The notes beneath the pieces were generated by a model that had not been told where the DNA came from, did no database searches, and was given only the letters and a program-made list of their open reading frames with translations. A program made the translations under genes and the position numbers. From Azolla caroliniana (lineage: Eukaryota; Plantae; Polypodiophyta), in contig JBHGNT010000018.1 of NCBI GenBank assembly GCA_043228905.1, positions 15,128,001-15,192,000 on the forward strand: DNA of 64,000 nt, given 5' to 3'. Positions 50,334 through 62,232 of the stretch are shown piece after piece (positions within the stretch are counted from its first letter, which is position 1; each line of letters opens with the position of its first letter).

Positions 50334-53300
50334 ACTGTTGTTATTGCTGGCAAGAGGGTCACTATAGTAATCAATGTCCGGCGAAGAGCTACAACAAACG
50401 ACCGGCAGTGAACATGGTAGACGCGGAAGTCGCGGACATACAACAGGTCATTACAAGATCAAAAGGCAAAGCCACGGAGTGGGAAACTCATGAAGCCATC
50501 CGGAAGCAAGCAACCGAATGGGTGAAGAAGGCAAATGAATGGAATGCGGCTGAGCTCGAACAACAAAAGGAGAATGCCGAAGAGCTCACCGGCCCGGGGC
50601 AACCCGAAAACCCAACCTTGCAGGCGTTACAAGAATGCCAAATAACGTTGCCGTTAGGCTGGTTATTGCAACTGGTACCACGGTTCATGGAAGGACGGCA
50701 GCAGACACACCACCGGCTCCGGCATTCTTTTCAAATCCGGAGGAAGGACCGGCAATGGTGGACACAAGCAGTCCAGCAATCACAGCCATTGTGAAGGGAA
50801 AAGAGCTACCCGGCACAATTCTCGATGGAGGATTCGGCGTGAACGTGATCAACCTCCAAACGTGTAACACGCTAGGAATCCAGGACTGGGAACCGTGTCC
50901 GTTTTGGCTTCGGATGGTGGACACTAGCTCAGTACGGCCGACCGGATTAATACGCGATCTGGAAGTGACCATCAGGGCTCACACATTTCGCATTTCCGCA
51001 GTAGTTCTCCAGCTACAAGCTTAGGGAGCTTACCCACTATTGTTGAGATGGCCCTGGTTAAAAACGGCACACATAAAGCAAAACTGGAGGAAGAACATAA
51101 TTACGTTCCGGCGAGGAAAAGCGAAAGTACAAGTACCGACTCAACCACGATCCGGTACCGGCAAGGAATCAACGCTGCTATATGCGGAATGTGTTAACAT
51201 GTTGGAAGGATTGGCGGACGAAGAGGTCGATCAATACTTACAGGAAAATCTGAAGATCGTACCTCTGTTCGAGATTGATGTAGCCAAAGCAGTATCACCG
51301 TACGTACTGCAACCGGACGGGACTGAAGAGGAACCGGATAAAGAGGCAATTCGGGAATTACAGCAAGCACAGGAGGCACTAGAAAAAGAAATGGCAGTAT
51401 CACAGTGCGTGAAAGCATCCCAACTAGAAGAGGTAAACCTAGGTACCACAGAGGACACAAGACCGGTGCACATCGCCAAGGAAATGACTTCGGAGAACAA
51501 AACGGCAATGATCACACTCCTAAAAGAATTTCGCGATGTGTTCGCCTGGTCCTACGAAGACATGCCAGGACTCGATCCTCAGTTATATCAACACCAGATA
51601 CATCTGAGCAAAGACGCCAAACCGGTAGCGCAACGACGTTACCAGATGAACCCGAATTACGCAGCAAAGGTCAAATAGGAAATCGACAAGTTGTTGAGAG
51701 TGGGCTTCATCCGACCGGTAAAGAAAGCCACATGGCTCAGCCCGATAGTGGCGGTACCCAAAAAGAACGGTAAGATCAAAGTGTGCGTCGACTACCGGAA
51801 ATTGAATGCGGCTATTGTAACGGACGCCTTCCCACTTCCATTCACAGATGGAGTCCTGGATGCGGTCGCCGGTCATAAGGTGTACAGTTTTCTGGATGGT
51901 TTCAGCGGCTATAATCAGATCCAGATGCACCCCACCGACCATGAGAAAACCGCTTTTGTCACCGAATGGGGAGTCTTTGTTGCCGTAGTGATGATGTTCG
52001 GACTGAAAACGGCACCGGCAACCTTCCAACAGATCATCATGGAAATTTTCGGGGAATTCATTCTGGCATTCATGCAGGTGTTTTTGGATGACTTCGTTGT
52101 TTATAGCCAGGAAGGGGATCACCTTCAGCACCTCCGACTATGCCTAGAAAAATGTAGGGTTTACCGATTAAGCCTGAACCCGGCAAAATGCGTGTTCGGA
52201 GTAACCAGCGGAGCGTTACTGGGCCACATCGTCAACAAGGACGGTATCGCAGTGGATCCGGACAAAGTAAAAGCAATCCTGGAGGCACCGGCACCAGCCA
52301 CGGCAAAGGCACAAAGCCGGTTCTTAGGAAAAATTCGGTGGCATAGCCGAATGCTCCGGTATCTGGCAGACCTGGCTACACCACTACATGCCGCAGTACA
52401 TCGGACACCGTTCCGATGGACGGACACAGAAGACCAGGCTTACCGGGCACTAAAAGTACTGTTGTCACAAGCTTCGGTGGTGCAACCTCCGGATTGGTCC
52501 AAAGAGTTCCATGTGTTCGTTGATGCGTCCGACATTGCAATCGGGAACGCACTAATGCAACTGACAGAACTGAAATGGTACCAGCCAGTCTATTATGCTA
52601 GCTGGAAGTTGTCCCAAGCAGAACGTAATTATTCCACGACGGAAAGGGAGGCTTTGGGAATGATCTACAGTGTCACCAAGTTTAGACACTATCTGTTGGG
52701 AAGGAAATTTTCCTTTCACGTAGATCATTCGGCGCTCCTCTATTTGGTGTCCAAAGCATCACTCACCGGTAAGCTGGCCCGGTGGACGTTACTACTGCAA
52801 GAATTCGAGTTCGAGATATTCCACCGACCCGGCATACAGCATGCGGTAGCGGACTATTTAAGCTGGCTAGATTCCGACGAAACCAGTGACGGAGTCCCAG
52901 ACGACTTTCCGGATGCAGAGTTGTTTAGAGTCACAACAGAAACAACAACAGACAGTTCGGTCACAGAGGAAGACAAGTAGCTCACCAATATGCACTTGTT
53001 TCTGAGCACCGATTTACCTTCGGAGGAGATGAACAGAGACGAAAGGAAACGCTTAGCGGTTCAAAGCCGGCACTTCTGTCTATTGCAAGACACACTATAC
53101 CACAAAGGCGCAGATGGCATATCGTGGCGTGCAGTGCGTAGTGACGAAAAGGAAGTAATATTGCGTGAGGCACACTGCGGCGTGGCCGGAGGACATTATG
53201 CCGGAGATGCTATGGCAAGGAAAATATGGCAAAGTGGACTATGGTGGCCAACAACATTGAAAGATGCAATCCGGTACGCTAAAGAATGCGACCTATGTCA

Positions 53301-54312
53301 ACGAATGGGGCAACCAACCGAACAAGCCAAAATGCCTCACCAGCTCGTACTACTGTTAGAACCATTTCAGAAATGGGGACTAGATTTTGTAGGTCTGTTC
53401 AAACCACCGGCAATGAGAACCGGCAACCGGTACGTGATCGTCGCTACGGATTACTACACGAAATGGGTGGAAGCGAAAGCACTACGCGACAACACCGCGG
53501 CATCCACGGCAAAAAATTTATATGAATGCATCTGGTGCCGATATGGATGTCCGATAGAGCTCATAAGTGACCAAGGTGGGCACTTCTTAGGGCAAGTAGT
53601 GGAAATTTTGACGACATTTTATGCGGTGGTGCACAAACGGAGCACTCCCTATTATCCGCAAGCCAATGGATTAGCAGAGTCAACAAATAAAACACTACAG
53701 AATATCCTGCGGAAAATCGTCAATGAGAACCGGACGGATTGGGATACAAAGCTGCACAGTGCACTCTGGGCTTACCGAACGGCATATAAAACAAGTATCC
53801 GCACAACACCGTTCCGCTTAGCATTCGGATTAGAAGCAGTGATGCCGGTAGAGTTCCAAGTCCCGAGTTTACGAATACAGATTCGGGAACGCCTAAATGA
53901 GAAGGAATCGGAAGCTATCCGGTTAAACGCACTTTGCGAATTAGAAGAACACCGGCTAGCCAACATCATGCACCTAGAACTAGAGTAGCGGCGAAGGAAG
54001 GCGTTCGTGGATCGTCACCGAAAAGGGAACGAAAAGATGTTCGGCATCGGTAAGCCGGTACTCATGTTCCAGACCCAGATGGGTAAGATGCCGGGAAAGC
54101 TACGGTTTCGGTGGACCGGACCATACTGGATTACGCGAGAGTTCAACGGTTCCTACCAATTAGGGACACTCGCCGGCGAGGTACTGGGTAAATGGGTCAA
54201 CGTGTTCCGACTCAAACCATACAATGGACCCATGCCAAGAAACCCATTTGAACAAGTGAAGGGCAACAAGAACCGGACACCGGTAAGGCGGAAGCGCCGG
54301 CAAGCGGTCTAG
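50334..54312 (+). pseudogene. G gag end, protease, RT, RNase H, integrase (few stops)
   Basis: CYCWQEGHYSNQC, ILDGGFGVNVI, FLDGFSGYNQI, FLDDF, VDASDIAIG, HCGVAGGHY..CDLC, YYPQANG, WTGPY. Confidence 0.93.
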
Positions 54313-54773
54313 CGTCCAGCAAGGATCACAATCCAGATAGGGGTCCAGTGGGACCAGTCGCTAATTAGCAAAACCATTTATTATCTAAAAAAAAAAAGCA
54401 AAGAAAGAAATCGAATCAAAGCAAATCAATGTAAATCATGCAAGGGCGAGGAGTGGACGGACACATGCAAAAAGACGGAGTGAACAGGCACTTTGAAAAG
54501 GTACGCAGTGGGCTATTAATAGGGTATTAAACCGCCGCCACATGGCACGTCATTCTATTTTAGTACACGACATGCACATGCACCGGTAATGAAAAAAACA
54601 AAATAGGCGCCAACATGCAACAAGAAGACCCCCGCCACATAGAAACCCTCACATTTCGCGAACAGAAGAGCACAAACGCAAACAGGCGATTAAAGATCAG
54701 CAGACGCAAACCCACGCACATAGAGACTCTTCACACACAACCCTCACCAACGCTCATCGACCTCGACGAAGCC

Positions 54774-57603
54774 ATGGACTACCAAGCACTCTCTGAAGCA
54801 GCCAAGAAGTGGCTAAGGCAACACGGCTTAGAGGGGTCTCCTCACCATCATGGAGGCGCCACCGCACCAGGAGGCGGAGAAGATAGTCAAAGAAATCGAC
54901 ACAGAGCTGATTACTGAGGAGGCCATCCATGCGTTGATTGGCCTTCCAGAAGGGGGAATCTTCACTATCGATAACCCTACCCCGAAACAGCTCCAAAAAT
55001 ACTTTGGGGAATACTCTCTAGCAAGCAAGGCCTACCGGACACAGGGCGGCGAAGATCCTCTCTTTCGAGAGATTGCCCGGGTGCTCCATGAATTCGGACA
55101 TGTATACCCTCGACCCCCTTGCATGCCCCAGAACCGGGCCGGCTTAATCATAGCCACATATGAAGGTGTGAAGTTGGACTGGGCGGTACTAATTGCGAAT
55201 GGCCCCTGTGCGGCCATCGACTCTGTCAGAGGCAAAGAGGGTCGAAAGATATGGACGGCGGTGGCGCAATGGCTCACTCTATTGGCGCCACCTATCGAGC
55301 CCGTCAAGAGCATGAAGCGGGGAAGAACAACCGAAGGCACCCCGAAAACTGCCTCTAAACGACAGCAGCTGTTGGCGTCTAAGGCAACCAAAGGGAAGGC
55401 GGCCGACACGGACCAGGCGGCAAAGGAGCGCGCCAACAAGAAGCGGCAGGCGGAAACGCAGGAAGAGCCACCGGTGCGGCCAATCAAGATCAGGCTTAGC
55501 CTACCAGTTCAACAAGCGTCAGACCCCTTGGCAGCGAAAATCAACATCGGAACTCAGGAGGGGGAAATGGAGGAGGAACCGTTAGAGCACCTCCAGCGGC
55601 GCCAGAAGGCAAGCACCTCCGAACATGCACGGGAGCATTCGGACCCAAAGAAGGATGGAACGCATGTACCCCGCCCTGAGCAGCCCGCACCAAGGATGGA
55701 ACCGGAACCGGTTCGGACAGAACCGGCCATAGAGCCCCCTTCACAACAACCTCTACCGGCGGGTCAGGATATGGCAAGACCAGATATGCCAGCGCCGGAA
55801 GTACAGTTGTCGACCCCACCAGCAGGCCAAGAGCATTCAGAGGTGGAGCGGCCAATGGAGCCACAACTTGAACGGCAAAGTGGTCACCAACAAGAGCCAG
55901 AGTTGCAGCTCGACGCAACTGGACAAAACCGACCAGTGGCCAGCGACACCAACAGCCAACCCTCTGGGCAGATGCAACAACAGGGCACCGGCAGCCAATG
56001 GCTCCGGTGGATTGGAGAACAAATTGCCGGAGTGGTACACTACATAGAGGCGGAAGAGAAAGCGTTGATGGACCGGTTTCTCGTCACAACCGGAGAACTA
56101 GAGACGGCCCGGTCAAGGATCCAGAGCCTAGAACAAGACTTGGACCTGGCCACAGAAGAATTGGCCAAAATGGCCTTAACCAGACCATAGCTCCAAGCAC
56201 CGGTGACCCCGGTCGATGTACAGAATAAAGAAGCACCAGCACCTATACATAGCAATAAGACCCCAGAGACGGAAACAATCCTAGAGATAGTGGCGGCGCA
56301 AGCAAAAGAGCTTGCTGAATTAAGAGATGAACTGGCCGCACAGGAAGCATTACGGACCTAAGAGCGGGACTTGAAGAAAGCAGCAGAAGAAGAGCAACGA
56401 AAGACTACTGAGAACCTCCGCCGAGCAGAAGAGAATCTACGGAAAGGACATCAGGCCTACGACCGGCTGAAGGAGGAGAAAGAGAAGGCACTGCAAGAAA
56501 AGGAGAAGCTGCGACGGATGGCGGAAACAGAGATCGAAAGGCTGAAAGAAGAACTCCGTCAGCAAAAGGACCGAGAAGACCGTGCTCGCCGGCAACTCAA
56601 CCAAAAGCTGAAGCAGAAAACCGATGATTTTGAGCACCTGCACCGGGACTACAAGCACCTGGATACGGAGCATAAGAAACAGCAAGAGAAGATGGCAGAG
56701 CTCCGGCAGGAGGTACATCGGGTTGAGACGATGCTAGCGGAGGAATGTGCTGAAAGAACCACACTACTGGAGGAAGTCGCGCAAGAACGGATGGAGCTGC
56801 ATAAGCAACATTATGAAGAGAAGGAAAGAGCGACGATGATCTTGCAAAGGCTACAGAACACTTATCAAACCCAACTGTCACATTACCAGGAGCAAGAGGT
56901 GGATACGGTGGCACTCATCAAGCAGTTGAAGGACGAACCAAAGATGGGATTGGAGCGGATCCAGTTCATTGTCCAGGCATGGAGGAACAAGACCAAATGC
57001 TTGATTGACAAAAGCTCCGCGCAATGGTGGGACAAATGGGCAAAGCACACAGCCGAGCTCCAGTTGCTACGGGCAGACGCGGAAAATCGGCAGAGGGAAG
57101 GCGACGACTACTACATGCTAACGAAGGAGGACTTCATTGCCATCAGAGAGGAATTAGCTGAAGATTTTATAACTCTAGCGGAGGAGCAGGCAGCAGTGGT
57201 CTGGCAATTGGTAGCCCAGCTAGATGATGATCGACTAGATGCTCAAATCCAATTTGAGAGCTATGAGCAGACCAAGCTACGGAGAGAAGAAGCAAAGCAG
57301 GCGGCAACTGTCAACCTCAGCGATGAGGAGCCATCACCGGAGCAAGGACCGGACGGAGACAAGGCCGGGACGAGTCAACCGGAGTCAAATCCGGCGGAGC
57401 AGCTAACGGAGGAATCACCACCACAACCGCCGGTACCGGAAGCCGAACAGACGCCCGCTCAGGAGCAACAGTCGGAGGAGCCGCAGCCACCGCAACACCA
57501 ACAGCCGCAACAGCCACAACAACAACAACAACAACAACCGGATTCCGAACAACCATTAGATACCCTAGAGCAGAGTATTTTGGACATCTTGGACGAAGGC
57601 TAA
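54774..57603 (+). pseudogene. G extra ORF3 (about 940 codons; one frameshift, internal stops): globular N-domain, low-complexity linker, long coiled coil, acidic tail
   Basis: ORFs 54850-56190 and 56371-57603 share a frame; homologous to C ORF3. Confidence 0.8.
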
Positions 57604-57609
57604 GGGCCG

Positions 57610-57654
57610 GATAGTGGGATTCGACGTACAAGGTACTGTCCCACGGGCGTGCCA
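57610..57654 (-). promoter_or_regulatory. Inverted tRNA-Arg PBS-like site at the PPT position of G
   Basis: Plus strand GATAGTGGGATTCGA-CGTACAAGGTACT-GTCCCACGGGCGTGCCA, then TG, then the LTR; no purine tract. Confidence 0.75.
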
Positions 57655-58109
57655 TGTGTTACCCAGCCGGCAAAGGAGCAGAGACTAGAATGTGAAAGGG
57701 ATGGTTATTCGGAATATATTTAATTAAGTAGATTAGATTATAATTATGTAGTGAACGGACGGACCGGAATCGGTATGCCGATCCGGATCCGGACCGATTC
57801 CGAACAGGTGCCGGTTGGCACTGTTTTGTACGCAGCACCGGTGACCTATATAAAGGCCCGGTTACAATGTATAACTTTAACGGAGAATTAATATAAGCTT
57901 CTTGTTTTGTCTTCACGTATTGATTACTATTCTGAATTAATTGTTATATCTTACGCTTGTATTAAGTGTATGCCTTATTGCTAAGTAGCTAATTAAGTCG
58001 AAGTAATCGTTGTGTCTTAAGTTATCTCGCCGTAACACCCCTTTGGTGAAGTGTCTTCCAGAGACACCCTGTGTTAGGCTATTGTCCGGCCCTAAGGATT
58101 AACACCAGG

Positions 58110-59636
58110 GTAGCCACAGTCGATGCAAGCACAATGATGGATTCGGTACAGAAGAGCGAGACATCGTCGCTGGTAGATAAAAGCCTGCACCCCCAAACCA
58201 GCCACGCCTCCACGCAAATAGTGCCGTCAATTTTCGTCACCACCAACGAAACATCTCTAACGACAGACAGGACACCGAGCCTCCAGACCAGGCACGCTTC
58301 CACGCAAACGCCACGACCGCCTGTCATCATGAAGAGATCTACACAAACGGACAGGGAACCCAATCCCCGGAGCCAGCAAGCTGCAACCCAGACAGGGCCT
58401 CCCCTCCGTGACTACCAAGACGAGCTCAAGTCCCAGATCACTCAAGCCGAGCTAGTAGAACAAAACCACAACAACACTATTGGCCAACTACGGGAACAAG
58501 CCGCGGGCCGCGAAGCTGACCTCTAGCGACGGCTTGCCGAAAGCTCGGCCGCGCTCAAAGCACAAGAAAGAGAGGTGATGAACCTTCAGGTCGCTATCAC
58601 CGAGGCCAAAGAATGATTCATCAAGGAAGAAGAGAGGAATAGCCAATGGGAACGCGAGCTATTCGCAGACAACCAGGAATTACGGCATCAACAAAAGGAA
58701 TTACAAGAACTGGCAAATGAACACGTGCAAAAGTGGAGGATCTCTGAAGACCAAAGGGTGCAAATTTCCGATGCTTATCACCAGTTGCAAACAGAGGACT
58801 AGAGGACATTGCCGCTAGGGAACGACAACGGGACGCTTGGAGACAGGAAATGGACGAAACTATAGCACAGCTCACCAAACATTACAAGCAAACAATCGCG
58901 CTCGTAACTGCAAAAGCAAAGGATAACCAAGCTACTCTGGAGCTCCTCGTCCGCAAATGCCAAGGCCGCAAGGGAGGAAGTGGAAGCTCACCGAGCTCGC
59001 ATCGGCATGGACAATACTAGAATAAAGATCCTGATCAACAAATATCGCCAACAACTCACCAAGAAGATCGAGGAAACGCTCGACCGCGTATGGCAGGAAT
59101 GGTCAGCCCAAGCCACTGAACTACACATATTTTGTGCGGATGTCGAGAATCGAAGGAAGGAGGGTCGAGGGTTCTACAAGATGGATGACACCAGCATCCA
59201 GACCCTCCGTGAAGACTTGACCGAGGAATATCATACCTTAGCAGAATCCCACACCGTAGCAATCGAGCAACTTCTAGAGGAATTCAACGACGATCAAATG
59301 ATGTTCCGTTTAGAAGCCGAAGCTTACGAGGAGGAACGCCTAGCTACCATGACTAACAGAGCTCCCACGACCAATGACAACAAACCAGAGCCAAGAACAA
59401 CCACCACCACGGAAGCCAGATAGGAGGGACCCGCCCCTACAGACACCCACATCACAACCGAGCAACAAACTACGACCACAACCCTGCCTGAATCAGAACC
59501 AACAGAGGGCGGCGCACTCGAAGACACAGCCATCCCGGACTCGGCAGCAAAACCCCCATCACCAACCCCACCTTCCGAGCAGCCTGACCAACCCCACGCC
59601 CCCGAGGATATCCTCGGCATATTAGAAGAGGATTAA
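58110..59636 (+). pseudogene. C extra ORF3, C-terminal coiled-coil part (decayed)
   Basis: WQEWSAQATELHIFCADVENRRKEG homologous to G WDKWAKHTAELQLLRADAENRQREG; ends DILGILEED*. Confidence 0.7.
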
Positions 59637-59720
59637 AAAGAACCCTTAAACCCCCTGGTATAAAGGGCAATTTTGTAAAATTTTGGCAAACTCCATTGTT
59701 GTCCCTCCACTTTGTGAATC

Positions 59721-59760
59721 ATGGGTCCGATGGACAAAGTCCTGTCCCACGGGCGTACCA
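59721..59760 (-). promoter_or_regulatory. Inverted tRNA-Arg PBS-like site at the PPT position of C
   Basis: Plus strand ATGGGTCCGA-TGGACAAAGTCCT-GTCCCACGGGCGTACCA, then TG, then the LTR; no purine tract. Confidence 0.7.
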
Positions 59761-59762
59761 TG

Positions 59763-60264
59763 TGTTGTCCACAGGCCAAAAATGTAATTACAAAATATGT
59801 AAACTCGCCAGTAGGTAGAAAAGTAGGTGAGGAAATAGGTAGAACAAAATTAGTCGAGTTTTGAGCCCCTCACAATTAGCCGACGGCTCGGCTCTGTGTA
59901 AAGAAGAAAACTATATAAGCTGAGACCTGCATACCTCGAGAGGAGGAGATACTTAGATTATTTAGCCGGATTAATATCCTAGCACTGAGCTCTACACAAA
60001 ACGGTTTCCGGCCGAGAGCCGTGTACTGTATTCACTGTGAGCTTTCTCATTTAATATAAATCTCGCTCTTACTGTTCCTTCATCTGTGTATTCTTCCCGT
60101 ACTCGTAAACCGAGCTACGTCTATGTCTACCGGGTTGTAACCAGTGTACGCTCCCCATTCCCCTAACGTCTTCTCGGTGTAGAAGAAGCCTCCACGTAAC
60201 ACGACCCCTTGATACCTATAGCCTGTGGGCTCATCAAAGGTGTTTCCTCTAGAAACGGTTAACA
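59763..60264 (+). repeat. 3' LTR of C
   Basis: Matches 15498-15998. Confidence 0.93.
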
Positions 60265-60322
60265 TGTACCGCCTCATTGGTTGTTCCCGCCACCGGCACC
60301 ATCTTTAGTACAAATAACGTGA
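60265..60322 (+). pseudogene. Displaced C-terminal tail of the LINE ORF2
   Basis: Removing elements A and C joins ...GADVKWNY (ends 2324) in frame to VPPHWLFPPPAPSLVQIT* (TGA 60320-60322). Confidence 0.7.
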
Positions 60323-60469
60323 TATAATATAGATGACCATTGATATTTTTGTCAGGATAACTGATGTTGGGATGTTTGTGGAAATCAAGGACATGGCAAG
60401 CCAAAATTTGGTGCCGATTAGCGACATGGCTTGATGGTTGTTGTGGACGTAAGAAGCAAATTATTTCTG

Positions 60470-61600
60470 AGCGATAAGGATGAGTGTAGATGGTGTGGGG
60501 GTTGAAGCAGATTATTATGAGCAGGAATTTGGTGGTAATCGGCGAGAGGGTTGATGTGGAATTAAGAAGCAAAATTCTTTTGAGGGATAAGGAGGAATGA
60601 AGATGGTGTGGGGTTTGAAGCATATTATCATGAGTTGGTGAGGAAAATTTTTGCACTAATTTGTTTGTTGTCTATATGTCAGGCTCCTTGATGGAATTCG
60701 GTGTCATGGGACGGAGTGAAGAAGATTTTAGGTTTCATCTTAGGGAGCGCAACATACAAGATCGTATTGTCGTTGTTGTCATGTAAGATTTTAGGTGTCA
60801 TAGGGAGTGCAACAAATAGGATCGTCTTGTCGTTGTTGTCATGTAGTTATTGTCTTTATAGAGTTGATTCATGACGAGACGATGAGTGACGATGGTGTGG
60901 GGGTTGAAGCAAATATATGAGGGGATGAGGAAACATTTTATAATCGTTTTGCTATTATTTATACATGAATTTGGTGGTAATCGGCGAGATGGTTGATGTG
61001 GACTTAAAAAGCAAATATTTTTTGAGGGATAAGGATGAGCGAAGACGGTGTGGGGGGTGAAGCATAATATTATGAGTAGGTACAAAAATTTGTTGAAAAT
61101 GGACAGATGGTGGATGTTGAAAATGAAGCAGATTTTCTATTGATGAGTGAAAATGGTGTTTGAGGGTGAACCAGATTTTTTATGAGTGTCTGAGGAGAGT
61201 GATTCATATTATTTTTTGATGGTGTAGGGGCTGAAGCATACTTTCATGAGGGGAGAAGGAGAGCACATTGGATGTTGGTCATCGTGTCTTCCAATCTCAA
61301 GGACCTTGGTAGTAAAAGATGACACTGTTGATGGAAAATGAAGCACATTATCTATTTATGACAAGGATGAGTGACGATGGTGTCGGGGGAAGAAGCATAA
61401 TTTCATGAGGGGATCCAGAGAGTAGTGTCATTATGTTTTTTGCATGTACAGGGCTTTGGTGATTTACGACGAGAGGTGGTTGATGTGGACTTTGGTGGTA
61501 ATCGCCTAGATTTTGGATGGGGAAAACAAAACAGATTCTTTGTTTGATAACGATGAGTCATGAGGTTGGCAGGGGCTAAAGCATACTTCACGATGGGAGA
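60470..61600. repeat. Degenerate repeat array of unknown origin
   Basis: About 8 diverged copies of GATGAGTGAAGATGGTGTGGGGGTTGAAGCA..ATGAG (near 60479, 60595, 60881, 61034, 61142, 61218, 61366, 61552). Confidence 0.7.
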
Positions 61601-61823
61601 GTGGATTCATTTTCTTTTTTGTTTTATGAGTGTTGATGTTGTGGACTTGGAAGCATTTTCTTGAGGGTCGACGAGAGTACATGCTTTGAAGCTTGCAGAT
61701 TTTTAATGATATTATCACCCTTTACAATTGTCTCTTTGAAGCATTTAACACACAACAATTCATGTCAAATGTGTTGTTGTCATTGGAAGACGTTGCTCAA
61801 CTCCAGACATTGGAATTCATTGT

Positions 61824-62232
61824 TAAAGTGATCACATTACAGGATTTATAAAGCTGGTTGTTTTTGTAGGCATTTCTGTTGTGAAAGGTTGAGGGCTAAT
61901 GTGGAAAAATGAAGTTCGAAAAAGCTGGATACTCAAAGATGTTGTTTATATGTTGAGTATGGTCTTCAGTACATGCGTAACCAAATGCAAACATGAAGTT
62001 TTCAAACTACTAGCCAGGGTGGAAGTCGTTGATAAAGTGATCACATTACAGGATTTATAAAGCTAGTTGTTTTTGTAGGCATTTCTGTTGTGAAAGGTTG
62101 AGGGCTAATGTGGAAAAATGAAGTTCGAAAAAGTTGGATACTCTGAGATGTTGTTTATATGTTGAGTATGGTCTTCAGTACATGCGAAACCAAATGCGAA
62201 CATGAAGTTTTCAAACTACCAGCCAGGGTGGA
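61824..62232. repeat. Tandem duplication, period 209 bp
   Basis: TAAAGTGATCACATTACAGG..AGCCAGGGTGGA at 61824 and 62033, with few mismatches. Confidence 0.9.

Larger units (their letters stand above)
42767..58104 (+). mobile_element. Ty3/gypsy G, same lineage as C, inserted in C ORF3, interrupted by H
   Basis: 448-bp LTRs 42767-43214 and 57657-58104; perfect TSD CCAGG at 42762-42766 and 58105-58109; plus-strand CTATATAAAG in the LTR. Confidence 0.96.
15498..60264 (+). mobile_element. Ty3/gypsy (non-chromovirus) LTR retrotransposon C with extra 3' ORF; host of D, F and G
   Basis: LTRs 15498-15998 and 59763-60264 (TGTT..AACA); degenerate TSD TGTCT/TGTAC; coding segments rejoin across each nested insertion and are homologous to G. 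Confidence 0.9.

Noticed and set aside
56371-57603. Captured host myosin/SMC-like gene or env gene
   Set aside because: Coiled-coil composition alone is non-specific, there is no transmembrane segment, and the ORF is in the same position in two related elements, so it is treated as element ORF3.
57620-57660. HDV-like or hammerhead ribozyme reading of the TGTCCCACG motif
   Set aside because: I could not build the required nested pseudoknot or the CUGANGA/GAAA core in both C and G; the tRNA-Arg match explains more bases.
42767-58104. Idea that G (and C) are simply minus-strand elements whose real PBS is the inverted site
   Set aside because: All ORFs and the LTR TATA box are on the plus strand, a sense PBS follows the left LTR, and no PPT exists at the left end on the minus strand either; simple mis-orientation does not explain it.
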